From Baekduia sp. (GTDB lineage: Bacteria > Actinomycetota > Thermoleophilia > Solirubrobacterales > Solirubrobacteraceae), in assembly GCA_036009425.1 (NCBI GenBank), contig DASYLT010000203.1, forward strand, positions 2,144 through 66,143: a DNA stretch of 64,000 nt, read 5' to 3'. Position numbers and translations under genes: made by a program. The notes beneath the pieces are model-generated. The model saw nothing but the letters and a program-made list of their open reading frames with translations. It made no database searches and was not told where the DNA came from. The first letter of the stretch is position 1, and each line of letters opens with the position of its first letter. Of this stretch, positions 18,033 through 28,166 are shown one piece after another.

Positions 18033-20297
18033 CTACGCCGCGGCGCTGGCACCGCTGGCGGCCTCGGCCGCCGCCGGGGTCTCGGCGGCCGCGGCCGCCA
18101 TCTCGTCGGCCTGGGCCTCCTTGAAGCCCTCCTTGGCCCACGGCTCGTCGAACTCGACGCGCATGCGGCCCTCCTCGTTCTGGACGAGCGCGAGGCGCGC
18201 GCGGAACGAGCGGCCGGAGCGGCCCTTGAAGCCGGTGATCGGCTTCTCGGTCTTGCCCCGGGCGATGAGCTCCTTGGCGACGGCCGGCGGGAGGTTCTTG
18301 CCGGCCTTGGACTTCCAGATGACGAAGCCGCAGCCCGGGTCCTCGCGGCCCCAGCAGGAATAGCCCTTGCGGTTCTCCACGATGTCGCGGCCGCAGATCG
18401 GGCACGGGCCGAGGTTGGCCCGCGGAATGCGGACGTCCTTGAGCTTGGTGTCCAGCTCGCCGACCGTGGAGCCCGCGAACTTCGCGATGTCGGCCATGAA
18501 CTTCTTGCGATCCTGCTCGCCGGCCTCGATCTCGGCCAGGCGGCGCTCCCAGTCGCCGGTGAGCGACGGTGAGGTCAGCGCATGCCCGTCGAGCAGGCGG
18601 ATGACGTTCATCCCCTTCTCGGTCGGGACCAGCGCGCGGCCGTCGCGCTCGACGTAGCCGACGTCGATGAGGCGTTCGATGATCGCCGCGCGCGTCGCCG
18701 GCGTGCCGATGCCCGACTCCTTCAGGATCTCGCGCAGCTCGTCGTCGTCGACCAGCTTGCCGGCGGTCTCCATGGCGCCGAGCAGCGAGGCGTCGGAGTA
18801 GCGCCGCGGCGGCTTGGTCTCCTTGGCGAGCACCTCGACGGCCCGCGTGTCGACGTCCTCGCCCTTCTCGAGCTTGGGCAGCGACTGGTCGCGACCCTCG
18901 TCCTCGTCGTCGCGTGCGCCGCCGTCGTCGGCCAGCTCGCCGTACACGCCGCGCCAGCCCGGGACGACCAGGACCTTGCCGCGCGTGCGGAAGATGTGCT
19001 CGGCCACGGTGGTCTCGACCCGCGTGTTCTCGAAGACCGCCTCCGGATGGAACGCGGCCAGGAACCGGCGCGCGACCATGTCATAGATCTTGCGGTCGTC
19101 GTCGCCCATCTTCTCGAGCTTGTGCGACGTGTTGGTCGGGATGATCGCGTGGTGGTCGCCGACCTTGGCGTCGTCGACGACGCGGCCCAGCGGCAGCAGG
19201 TCCAGGCCCGTGACGTACTGCGCGGCCTTGCTGTACTCGCCGTGCTCGCCGACGTGCCCGGCGACCTCCTTGAGCTCGGGCACCATGTCCGAGGTGAGGT
19301 AGCGCGAGCTCGTACGGGGATACGTGAGCGCCTTGTGCTCCTCGTAGCAGCGCTGGGCGGCGCCGAGGGTGCGGCGGGCGGAGAAGCCGAAGCGCGTGTT
19401 GGCCTCGCGCTGCAGCGACGTGAGGTCGTACAGCATCGGCGCCTTCTCGCGACGGGTCGTCTTCTCGAGCTTGGTGATCGTGCCGGCCTGGCCGCGCACG
19501 GCCTTGGCGACGAGCTCGGCCTCATCGGCGGTCGCGATGCGCGGCTGGGCACCGGCGTGGAAACGACCTTCGTAGGCGCGGTTGCCGGTCGCGTCGAACT
19601 GCGCGTCGACGAGCCAGTAGGGCTCGGGGACGAACGCGCGGATCTCCTCCTCGCGGCGCGTCAGGATCGCCAGCGTCGGCGTCTGCACCCGGCCCAGCGA
19701 GACGGCGCCGTCGAAGGACGAGCGCAGGCGGATCGTGGCCGCGCGCGTGGCGTTCATGCCGACGATCCAGTCGGCCTCCGAGCGCGACCGCGCGGCGTCC
19801 TGCAGCTTGGACAGCTCCTCGCCGTCGCGCAGGTTCGCGAAGCCCTCGCGCATCGCGTCGTTGGTCATCGAGTTCAGCCACAGGCGCTGGACCGGCTTCT
19901 GGGCCCCGGCCTTCTCGAACAGGTAGGCGAAGATCAGCTCGCCCTCGCGCCCGGCATCGCAGGCGTTGATGACCAGGTCGACGTCGTCGCGGCGCAGCAG
20001 CGTCTTGACCACCGACATCTGCTTCTGCGAGCGCTCGTCGCGCACCACGAGCTTGAACTTCGACGGCACGATCGGCAGATCGGCCATCCGCCACTTCTTG
20101 AACTTGTCGTCGTACTCGTCCGGCTCTGCGAGCTGCACCAGGTGGCCGACGGCCCAGCTGATGATGTGCTCGGGCCCCTCGAGCCAGCGCTCGGTCTTCT
20201 CCCCCGCGCCCGACTTCTTCTCGAAGGGGCCGGGGAGGATGCGCGCCAGATCGCGTCCGACGGACGGCTTCTCGGCGATGACGAGGGTCTTGGCCAT
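18033..20297 (-). CDS. topB: Type IA DNA topoisomerase, Topo III-like
   Basis: IAEKPS, DAGREGELI, SLGRVQTPTL, TYPRT catalytic Tyr, DHHAIIPT, GIGTPATRA, C-terminal CPICG. Confidence 0.88.
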   Translation of the reverse strand: MAKTLVIAEKPSVGRDLARILPGPFEKKSGAGEKTERWLEGPEHIISWAVGHLVQLAEPDEYDDKFKKWRMADLPIVPSKFKLVVRDERSQKQMSVVKTLLRRDDVDLVINACDAGREGELIFAYLFEKAGAQKPVQRLWLNSMTNDAMREGFANLRDGEELSKLQDAARSRSEADWIVGMNATRAATIRLRSSFDGAVSLGRVQTPTLAILTRREEEIRAFVPEPYWLVDAQFDATGNRAYEGRFHAGAQPRIATADEAELVAKAVRGQAGTITKLEKTTRREKAPMLYDLTSLQREANTRFGFSARRTLGAAQRCYEEHKALTYPRTSSRYLTSDMVPELKEVAGHVGEHGEYSKAAQYVTGLDLLPLGRVVDDAKVGDHHAIIPTNTSHKLEKMGDDDRKIYDMVARRFLAAFHPEAVFENTRVETTVAEHIFRTRGKVLVVPGWRGVYGELADDGGARDDEDEGRDQSLPKLEKGEDVDTRAVEVLAKETKPPRRYSDASLLGAMETAGKLVDDDELREILKESGIGTPATRAAIIERLIDVGYVERDGRALVPTEKGMNVIRLLDGHALTSPSLTGDWERRLAEIEAGEQDRKKFMADIAKFAGSTVGELDTKLKDVRIPRANLGPCPICGRDIVENRKGYSCWGREDPGCGFVIWKSKAGKNLPPAVAKELIARGKTEKPITGFKGRSGRSFRARLALVQNEEGRMRVEFDEPWAKEGFKEAQADEMAAAAAETPAAAEAASGASAAA

Positions 20298-20374
20298 GTG
20301 AGGCTGAGCGTAGCGGGGACGCCCAGCCGGTTGTGCCCCTGTTGCAAAGCCGTGACATTCGCGGTCGGCGCGAC

Positions 20375-21535
20375 TCAGTCCGCGCAAGGACCCGTCGACA
20401 CCTGCGAGCCCGCGCTCCTCGCCTCGGCCAGCCGCCGGGCCACGATCGCGTTGGGCACGCCATAGCCGCCGCGCCGCGTCGTGCCGGTGGACCGGGCGAA
20501 GACGGTGGTCACGACCCGTCCCTGCGTGTCCACCATCGGCCCACCGGAGTTGCCGGGCTGGACCGTTCCGCGGAACGTCGTCATCTGGCGCGTGATCGGC
20601 CCGGCGCCGTAGGCGTCCTGGGAGACGACCGCGCGCGTCTGACCCAGTCGTCCCGCGCGCACGCGGTAAGGGCCGTTCTGCGGGAAGCCCAGGATCGCCG
20701 CCTCGGCGCCCGCGACCGGGTTCGGCGCCAGCGCCAGCGTCGGCGTCCCGCGCAGGCCGTCGACGCGCAGCACGGCGACGTCGTTGGTCGGGTCGTAGGC
20801 CACCGGCACCGCGTCCAGCGGCTGGCCGGTCCCCTCGCGCTGCACGGTCGTGTCCTCCTCCCCCGCGACGACGTGCGCGTTGGTCACCACCAGCCCGTCG
20901 GCGGCCACCCAGCCCGAGCCCTCGACGCCCAGCCCGCAGGCGGTCCCGATGACGCGTACCACGCTCCGCGCCGCGGCCCGCACGGCCGGCACCCGGGCGA
21001 CGCGGGCGCTCGGCGCCGGCACATCGGCCTCGGGCCCGTCGATGTGCGGGAACGGGTCGAAGCGGGCCAGCGCGTTGAGGATCGGCCCCGACGGCGGCAG
21101 CGCCGAGTTCAGACGCGACAGGATCTCGGAGCGCTGGATGTCGCGCCGCAGTTGCCGCGCGCCGGGCGTCTGGAGCATCACCGCACCGGCGATCCACGCC
21201 AGCCCGAGCGCGATCGCCGCGCTCAACACCGCCCCGAACAGACCGTCGACCGTGCGCACGCCGGGAATCGGGACGCTGCGGCGCACCAGGAAGCCGGCGG
21301 TCTCGAACAGGCCGGCGAGGATCGATCCTCCCGCCACGGCGGCCACGAGCGAGACGAGCGGCGCGTAGGGCGAGGACGAGCCGTCGGGCAGCAGCGCGGG
21401 ACCGAGGCGGCTGCCCAGGAAGGCCCCGCCCACGAACCCGGCCAGCGCGAAGGCCCCGGCGACGAAGCCCTGGCGCCACCCGACGGTGGCCATCACGATG
21501 GTGAAGGCGACGATCAGCCAGTCGATGCGCGTCAA
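20375..21535 (-). CDS. marP: MarP-family membrane serine protease (CvpA + trypsin domains)
   Basis: 4 TM N-terminus; TNAHVV, DVAVL, PGNSGGP; TTG start. Confidence 0.88.
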   Translation of the reverse strand: MTRIDWLIVAFTIVMATVGWRQGFVAGAFALAGFVGGAFLGSRLGPALLPDGSSSPYAPLVSLVAAVAGGSILAGLFETAGFLVRRSVPIPGVRTVDGLFGAVLSAAIALGLAWIAGAVMLQTPGARQLRRDIQRSEILSRLNSALPPSGPILNALARFDPFPHIDGPEADVPAPSARVARVPAVRAAARSVVRVIGTACGLGVEGSGWVAADGLVVTNAHVVAGEEDTTVQREGTGQPLDAVPVAYDPTNDVAVLRVDGLRGTPTLALAPNPVAGAEAAILGFPQNGPYRVRAGRLGQTRAVVSQDAYGAGPITRQMTTFRGTVQPGNSGGPMVDTQGRVVTTVFARSTGTTRRGGYGVPNAIVARRLAEARSAGSQVSTGPCAD

Positions 21536-21580
21536 CCGGGCGCACCCTACCCGCGCGCCCGTCAGTACCTTGCGTCGCTC

Positions 21581-23308
21581 ATGCCGCCGCGCCGCGCCAT
21601 CGACGCAACGACCCGGCGCCGGCGCATGGCCGCGGTGGGCGCCGTCGTCCTGGTCGGCCTGGGATCCGGCGTCGTGTGCGCCACCAGCGGCGGCCCGAGC
21701 GAGCGCGACGCCATCCATCGCTATGCGCGCGCCTGGCAGCGTGGCGACTGGGCCGCGATGCGCCGCGAGATCGACTCCGGCGCCCAGCAGCGCTACCCCG
21801 TCGCCGCGTTCGTGGCGCGCTATCGCGCCGCCCGGGACACCGCGACCGCCGTGGCGGTCCAGCCGGGCCGGGCCGCCGACGAAGGTGGCGGCCACTGGCG
21901 CATGCCGGTCACCGTGCAGACACGCGCCTTCGGAGCGGTCACCGCCACCGTGCGCCTCGACGTGGTCCGCGACGGCGACGCCGCGCGCATCGCCTGGACG
22001 CCGAACCTGGTCTTCCCCGGCCTCGCCGCCGGCGACGAGCTGCGCCGCACGACGACGCTGCCCGATCGCGCCGACCTCCTGGCGCGCGACGGCACGCCGC
22101 TGGCCCAGGGGACCGAGCGCACCTCACCGCTCGGTCCGGCCGCCGCGGCGATCACCGGCGCGCTGGGCACCGTCCCGGCCGACCGTCGCGAGCGCGCCGA
22201 GCTGCTCGGCTACCCCGCCGACGCGCAGGTCGGCATCACGGGGCTGGAGCGGGCCTTCGACGAACAGCTGTCGGGCACGCCCGGGGGCCAGTTGCGCGCG
22301 GGCGTCCGCCTGCTCGCCGAGCGCCAGCCGCGCAAGGCCGATGCCGTGCGGACGACGATCGCCCCATCGGTCCAGGAGGCCGCGGTCGCGGCGCTCGCCG
22401 GCCGGCTCGGCGGCGTCGTCGCGATCCGGCCCCGCACCGGCGAGGTCCTGGCGGCCGCCGGGATCGGCTTCAGCGGCCTGCAGCCGCCGGGCTCGACCTT
22501 CAAGATCATCACCGTCACGGGCGCCCTGCAGGCGGGCATCGCCAAGCCGAGCGACACCTTCCCCGTGCAGACCGCGGCGACGCTGAGCGGCGTCGAGCTG
22601 CAGAACGCCAACCAGGAGTCGTGCGGCGGCACGCTCGTCCGGTCCTTCGCGTTGTCGTGCAACTCGGTCTTCGCGCCGCTGGGCGCCAAGCTCGGCGCCC
22701 AGAAGCTCGTCGCGACGGCGGAGGCGTTCGGCTTCAACCAGCCGACCGGGATCACCGGAGCGGCGACCGCCTCCATCCCGCCGGCCGCCGAGATCGGCGA
22801 CGACCTCGCCGTGGGCTCGTCGGCGATCGGCCAGGGCCGGGTGCAGGCGACGGCACTGCAGATGGCGATCGTCGCCTCGGCGATCGGCCTCCGCGGCCGG
22901 CGCCCCGACGTCACGCTGGACCCCGACCGGTGGAAGGGCGCTGCGCCGACCCATGAGGCGACGACGGCGGGCGTCGCGCGCCAGGTCGAGCGCCTGATGC
23001 TCGCCGTGGTGCGCGAGGGCACCGGCACCTCGGCAGCGATCGGCGGGGTGCGCGTCGCCGGCAAGACCGGGACCGCGGAGCTGAAGTCGACCCAGGCGTG
23101 CCAGCCCGACCCCGAGGACCCCGAGTCCTGCCCGCCCGACCAGCAGCAGGACACGACCGACACCGACGCGTGGTTCTCGGCCTACGCGCCGGCCGGCAGC
23201 GGCCATCCGCGCGTGGCGGTCGGCGTGCTGCTCGTCGGTGCCGGCGCGGGCGGCGACACCGCCGCGCCGGTCGCCCGCCAGGTGCTGCTGGCGGGCCTCA
23301 AGAACTAG
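21581..23308 (+). CDS. Class B penicillin-binding transpeptidase
   Basis: STFK, SCN and KTG motifs; N-terminal TM anchor. Confidence 0.92.
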   Translation: MPPRRAIDATTRRRRMAAVGAVVLVGLGSGVVCATSGGPSERDAIHRYARAWQRGDWAAMRREIDSGAQQRYPVAAFVARYRAARDTATAVAVQPGRAADEGGGHWRMPVTVQTRAFGAVTATVRLDVVRDGDAARIAWTPNLVFPGLAAGDELRRTTTLPDRADLLARDGTPLAQGTERTSPLGPAAAAITGALGTVPADRRERAELLGYPADAQVGITGLERAFDEQLSGTPGGQLRAGVRLLAERQPRKADAVRTTIAPSVQEAAVAALAGRLGGVVAIRPRTGEVLAAAGIGFSGLQPPGSTFKIITVTGALQAGIAKPSDTFPVQTAATLSGVELQNANQESCGGTLVRSFALSCNSVFAPLGAKLGAQKLVATAEAFGFNQPTGITGAATASIPPAAEIGDDLAVGSSAIGQGRVQATALQMAIVASAIGLRGRRPDVTLDPDRWKGAAPTHEATTAGVARQVERLMLAVVREGTGTSAAIGGVRVAGKTGTAELKSTQACQPDPEDPESCPPDQQQDTTDTDAWFSAYAPAGSGHPRVAVGVLLVGAGAGGDTAAPVARQVLLAGLKN

Positions 23309-23323
23309 TCCGGAGGCCCAGCC

Positions 23324-23890
23324 CTAGACGTCGAGGTCGACCGTCGCCTCCTGGCCACCCTCCGGCGGAACGATGCGCAGCTCCAGCGGACGGTTGGCGT
23401 AGGACGACGACGGGACCTTGAAGAGGATGAGACCGCCCTGGGTCAGGTTCTCGCGCGCCAGCGAGCCGGGCACCGGGATCTGGTCGCCGGAACCGACCTC
23501 GAGCGGCCGGTAGGCCGTGCGGTTGATGTTCGTGTCGACGGCGACCGGCGTGAAGACCTTGCCCGTGGTGTCGCGAATCGAGAACTGCTGGGCCGACGGA
23601 TGCGGGCTCTTGGTCATGTTGAAGACCCGGATGAACACCGCGAACCACTCCTCGCCCTTGCCGAGCCGCTGCTGGCCGGCGGGCAGCCCGGTCAGGTAGT
23701 CGCGGTCTTCGGGATCGCGCTCCGTCAGCTGGCGCGAGATCTGGACCTGGTACTTCAGCTCGCCCGTGTTGACGTACACGCCCTCGGTCGCGCCGTGGGT
23801 GGGCTCCGCGGACTCGCCGCCGCATGCGGCGATCGGCAGGGCGGCGGTCAGCACGACCGCGGTGGTGATGGCAAGGCGACGAAGCGGCAT
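23324..23890 (-). CDS. Hypothetical lipoprotein
   Basis: Signal peptide with lipobox IAAC. Confidence 0.75.
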   Translation of the reverse strand: MPLRRLAITTAVVLTAALPIAACGGESAEPTHGATEGVYVNTGELKYQVQISRQLTERDPEDRDYLTGLPAGQQRLGKGEEWFAVFIRVFNMTKSPHPSAQQFSIRDTTGKVFTPVAVDTNINRTAYRPLEVGSGDQIPVPGSLARENLTQGGLILFKVPSSSYANRPLELRIVPPEGGQEATVDLDV

Positions 23891-23904
23891 GGCGGCGGCG
23901 GACT

Positions 23905-24465
23905 CTAGCGATCGGCGCCCGGGCGGAACGCCTCGGGACGGAAGCGGAAGTTGGAGAACGGCTTGCGGGGACCATCGGCCAGCGTGACGCGGGTCCCGCG
24001 GTCGCGACCCTCCTCGAGGATCGCGCGCAGCCGGTTCAGCGACTTCTTGTTCTTGCGCTTGATCCAGCTGCGGCCACCCATGGCCTCCTGGAGGCGATCC
24101 GAGGCGAGCTTGGGCTTGGTCTCGAACGTGAACGTCACGCGCGTCGACGCGCCGTTGTGGGCCTCGTCCAGCTCGTACACGCCGCGCGTGAGGATGCGGT
24201 TGTACTTGCCGCCGCGGCCGCGCTCGACGATGAGCCGCGGCTCCTCCACCTCGGTGAACGTGAAGTCGGCCCAGGCGTAGCGCGTGAAGCGCCGGGCGAG
24301 CTTGAAGCGAGCGCCCGCGCCCTGGCCGAGCGTGTCCTCGCGCAGCAGGTGCCACCGGATCAGGTAGTGATCGGTGAACTCCGCGTGGTTGGCGATGTCC
24401 TGGAGGTACTCGAAGACCTCCTGGCGAGGACGCGAGATGGTGACTTCGGCGGCGACGGGATCCAC
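23905..24465 (-). CDS. SRPBCC/polyketide cyclase-like protein
   Basis: VTISRPRQEVFEYLQDIANHAEF; TAGACT -10 upstream. Confidence 0.8.
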   Translation of the reverse strand: MDPVAAEVTISRPRQEVFEYLQDIANHAEFTDHYLIRWHLLREDTLGQGAGARFKLARRFTRYAWADFTFTEVEEPRLIVERGRGGKYNRILTRGVYELDEAHNGASTRVTFTFETKPKLASDRLQEAMGGRSWIKRKNKKSLNRLRAILEEGRDRGTRVTLADGPRKPFSNFRFRPEAFRPGADR

Positions 24466-24493
24466 GGGCGGGCAGTCTACCCGCGGGATCCGC

Positions 24494-24763
24494 TCAGGCA
24501 GCGTGCGGCGTGACGCGCCTGACCGTGTGCCCGCGCTCGAAGTGGCGGACGAGCTCCACGGCGTCGGGCTCGGTCCCGCGCAGCGGCGTGCACAGCGCGC
24601 AGACGGCGGATCCGCGGCCGAAGCGGTACATCCGCTCGCCGACCAGCGGCGTGCGTCCGCAGTCGGCGCAGGCGTGCCGCCCGGCCGCGAGGACGCCGAC
24701 CGACTTGCGCAGCAGCGCGAGCTCCAGATCGGGCTCCGACAGGGTCCTGGGGGTGCGGGCCAT
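24494..24763 (-). CDS. Small zinc-finger protein (89 aa)
   Basis: CADC...CALC pairs. Confidence 0.7.
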   Translation of the reverse strand: MARTPRTLSEPDLELALLRKSVGVLAAGRHACADCGRTPLVGERMYRFGRGSAVCALCTPLRGTEPDAVELVRHFERGHTVRRVTPHAA

Positions 24764-25023
24764 GGTCCGGGGTTCTTCACCCGCATGGGCGTTCCTGCCC
24801 CGGCAGCGCACCCTGCAGCGGAGCGACAGGCACTCGGTGGTCCGTCCATAGACAGTTTGTCGCGAAGACCCTGCGGGGACGTCTCTCGTACGCAGGTTCC
24901 GACGGGTGGCCGGACATGTGGCCGATCTGTGAAAGGACTGCGATCGTGGTTTTTCACTTGCCGATCTGGCAGTACAGTCGGGATCCGAGCGGGTCGCCAG
25001 CCGGCAGAGATGGAGTGGTCGAT

Positions 25024-25614
25024 ATGGAGTCCTTGACAACGGGCACCCTGGCGGGAACAGGGTCCTTCCGGTGTGAGCAATGCGGCTATGTGGTGACGTT
25101 GGCCGCAGAAGACGAGCTTCCGGCCTGCCCAGGCTGCAGCGGTGCCAGCTTCGTCCGCGCGTCGCTGTTCACCACTGCCGGGCGGTTCGAGCGACGGACC
25201 TCTCAGGTCCCGAGCGCCGACGAGCGTTCGGAGCTGATCCGAGCCGCGCGCGCCGCCGTCAGCGCCCCGGGCCAGTACCTCGCCTACGACGACGCGGGCC
25301 GCCTGCGCACCGTGCAGCTGGAGAAGGAGTGGACGCGGATCGGTCGCAGCCTTGCCGCCGACGTGCGCTTCGACGATCCGACCGTGTCACGCCGGCACGC
25401 GCTGATCGTGCGCCAGCCCGACGGCGTGCGCGTCCTCGACGATCGCTCGCTGAACGGCGTGTTCGTCAACGACGAGCGCGTGGAGTGGCGAACGCTCACC
25501 GACGGTGACGAGATCGTGGTCGGGCGCTACCGCCTGCAGTACCTCATCCTGACCCCCGAGGAGCTGGCTGAACGCGAGCCGGCGCAGGCGTCGGGCCTGC
25601 CGGCCGCCGGGTGA
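25024..25614 (+). CDS. Zinc-ribbon + FHA domain protein
   Basis: CEQC...CPGC; FHA motifs IGR, VSRRHA, SLNGVFVN; GGAG SD. Confidence 0.9.
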   Translation: MESLTTGTLAGTGSFRCEQCGYVVTLAAEDELPACPGCSGASFVRASLFTTAGRFERRTSQVPSADERSELIRAARAAVSAPGQYLAYDDAGRLRTVQLEKEWTRIGRSLAADVRFDDPTVSRRHALIVRQPDGVRVLDDRSLNGVFVNDERVEWRTLTDGDEIVVGRYRLQYLILTPEELAEREPAQASGLPAAG

Positions 25615-25673
25615 GCAGGGCTTCGGGCGCGGCGGGCGGTCCTGCCGGATCGTTCGCCTAGTATCCCCGCGCA

Positions 25674-26495
25674 ATGGCACAGAAGATCGCGGTGCTGTCA
25701 CAGAAGGGCGGCACGGGCAAGACGACCGCCGTCCGGCACCTGGCCGATACGTTCCACCGCGCCGGGTTGAAGGTGCTCGCGGTCGATCTCGACCCTCAGG
25801 GCAACCTGTCGGACTACCTCGACGTCGATCCCGAGGCCGAGCCCACGATCCGCGACGTGCTCGTCGGTGCGGCGAAGGCCCAGGCGGCCGTGCACACGTC
25901 GCCCGGCGGCATCGACGTCATCCCGTCCAACCTCCTGCTCGCGGAGGCCGAGGTCGCCCTCGCCGGCAAGATGGGCCGGGAGCTCACGCTGCGCCGCGCG
26001 CTGAAGCCCGTGGCCGACAGCTACGACGTCATCTTCCTGGACTGCCCGCCGAACCTCGGGCTGCTGACGATCAACGCGCTCGTCGCCGCCGACCAGGCGC
26101 TGCTGAGCGCCGAGGCCCAGTACTTCGCGCTGCAGGGCGTCGAGCAGGCGCTCGAGGTCATCGAGCTGGCGCGCGACGGCCTGAACCCGGATCTCGAGTG
26201 GCTCGGGGTGGCGTTCACGATCGCCGACATGCGGACGGTGCACTCGCGCGAGTCGCAGGCGTCGTTGAAGGAGCACGTCGGCGACAAGCTGCTCGACACC
26301 GTCATCCGCCAGTCGATCGCCTACGCGGAGTCCGCCGAGCGGGCGGTGTCGATCATCGATCACCGTCCGGACCTCGGCGGGGACTACCTCCGGCTCGCCG
26401 ACGAGCTGCTGAGCCGCCTCGGGCAGACCGCGGCGCGCAAGCAGCTCAAGCCGCTGCTGGACGCGGCGCAGGCCGCCTCCTCGCCGGCCCGATGA
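25674..26495 (+). CDS. ParA/Soj-family ATPase (no parB nearby)
   Basis: KGGTGKTT, DLDPQGN, DCPP. Confidence 0.93.
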   Translation: MAQKIAVLSQKGGTGKTTAVRHLADTFHRAGLKVLAVDLDPQGNLSDYLDVDPEAEPTIRDVLVGAAKAQAAVHTSPGGIDVIPSNLLLAEAEVALAGKMGRELTLRRALKPVADSYDVIFLDCPPNLGLLTINALVAADQALLSAEAQYFALQGVEQALEVIELARDGLNPDLEWLGVAFTIADMRTVHSRESQASLKEHVGDKLLDTVIRQSIAYAESAERAVSIIDHRPDLGGDYLRLADELLSRLGQTAARKQLKPLLDAAQAASSPAR

Positions 26496-27259
26496 CGCGT
26501 CGTCGGACCGTGGCCGTGGCCTGCCTCGCGGCGGGCGCCCTCGGCGTCGCCGGGTGCGGCGCCGACACCGAGCCGCACACGACGCCCACCGCCGCGCCCG
26601 CGCCCGCGCCGGCGCCGGCGCCGAGCACCTCGACGGTGACACCACCGCCGCAGGCCGCGCCGGCCAAGTTCCACGGGCCGCTGGCCTTCAACGTGCGCCG
26701 CCGGACCCAGCTGCGCACGTCGCCGGGCGGCCGGATCGTCGCGACGATCACGACCAAGACCGAGTTCAAATCCCCGCGGATCCTCGCGGTGGCGGGGCGC
26801 CGCCCCGGCTGGGTGCTCGTGCGGACGTCGGTGCGCAAGCACCACGTCGGCTGGTTGCCGCTGAAGTCCGGCCACCTCTTCAGCCAGCCGCGGACCGTGG
26901 TCATCGACCTGTCGGCGCGCACGCTCACGGTGTTCCACCGCGGCCGGCGCACCGACCGCTACCGCGTGGCGATCGGGACCGACGCGACGCCGACGCCGCG
27001 CGGCCGCTTCGCGATCACCGACCGGCTGAAGGTGCGGCCGGGTACCGACTACGGCTGCTGCATCCTGGCGCTGACCGCCCACCAGCCGAAGATCGCGCAG
27101 GGCTGGGGCGGCGGCGACCGCGTCGCCATCCACGCCACGCCGAACGTGTCGGCGATCGGCAAGAAGGTGTCGCACGGGTGCATCCGGGCGACCAACGCGG
27201 CGCTGCACCGGCTGATGCGCCAGATGCGGCTGGGCGCGCCGGTGACGATCCACGCCTGA
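26492..27259 (+). CDS. L,D-transpeptidase lipoprotein
   Basis: Lipobox VAGC; AIHAT...SHGCIR; ATGA overlap with parA. Confidence 0.9.
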   Translation: MTRRRTVAVACLAAGALGVAGCGADTEPHTTPTAAPAPAPAPAPSTSTVTPPPQAAPAKFHGPLAFNVRRRTQLRTSPGGRIVATITTKTEFKSPRILAVAGRRPGWVLVRTSVRKHHVGWLPLKSGHLFSQPRTVVIDLSARTLTVFHRGRRTDRYRVAIGTDATPTPRGRFAITDRLKVRPGTDYGCCILALTAHQPKIAQGWGGGDRVAIHATPNVSAIGKKVSHGCIRATNAALHRLMRQMRLGAPVTIHA

Positions 27260-27294
27260 GCGGTGCGCATGAGGTGCGTCGACGCTGGCAACCC

Positions 27295-28146
27295 CTACAA
27301 CTCCCTGACATCCGCCCCGTGCGGCTCGAACGGCGCCCGCAGCACCTGGGCCCACTCCCCGGCCTCGCGCCGCAACCCCTCCAGCACGCCGCCCGTCTGC
27401 TCGTAGTGGCACCAGACCAGAACCGTCGGTCCGGCCCCCGAGATCGTCGCTCCCAAAGCACCCAGTCCCGGAGCCCGCTCGACGATCTCCATCGACCGCG
27501 GGAACAGGTGCGCACGGTAGGGCTGGTGCAGGCGGTCAACCAGCCCCCGGCCGACCAGGTCCCAGTCGCCGCGCGACAGGCCCAGCATCAGCAGCGAGGC
27601 GTGGGCGACGTTCGCCACCGCGTCGGCCATCGGCACCATCTTCGGCAGGGCCGCACGAGCCTCGCGGGTGCGCACCGGGTCATGCGGCACGACGAGGATC
27701 GCCTCCAGGCCCGCCGGGGCGTCGAAGCGCGTCAGCACGCCGTCGGCACACACGACGAAACCGCCGTGCAGCGCCGCGCCGACGTTGTCGGGATGCCCCT
27801 CCAGCTCACACGCCAGGGCGAAGATGTCCGCGTCGAGCTCGAAGAGGTGATCGGCCGCCATCAGCCCACCGACGTACGCCGCGGCGCTCGTCCCCAGCCC
27901 GCCCGACAGCGGGATCGACGAGCGGATGCGGAACTCGAACGCGTCCGGCGGATGCAGGCGCTCGAAGGCGCGGACGACGAGGTTGCGGCGATCGGTCGCG
28001 ATCGCGAGGTCGGTGACGACCGCGAACCGCCCGGTCTCGACGACCTCGATCTCGGTGTGCAACGCCAGCGCCGCGGCGAACGAGTCGAAGCCCGGGCCCA
28101 GGTTCGCCGAGGATGCAGGGACGCGAACGAGGCGGCGGCGCTCCAT
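27295..28146 (-). CDS. thrB: Homoserine kinase
   Basis: PASSANLGPGFD, GLGTSAA, EGHPDN, ISGAGPT. Confidence 0.96.
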   Translation of the reverse strand: MERRRLVRVPASSANLGPGFDSFAAALALHTEIEVVETGRFAVVTDLAIATDRRNLVVRAFERLHPPDAFEFRIRSSIPLSGGLGTSAAAYVGGLMAADHLFELDADIFALACELEGHPDNVGAALHGGFVVCADGVLTRFDAPAGLEAILVVPHDPVRTREARAALPKMVPMADAVANVAHASLLMLGLSRGDWDLVGRGLVDRLHQPYRAHLFPRSMEIVERAPGLGALGATISGAGPTVLVWCHYEQTGGVLEGLRREAGEWAQVLRAPFEPHGADVREL

Positions 28147-28166
28147 GAGCGCCGGACCCTACCCGG

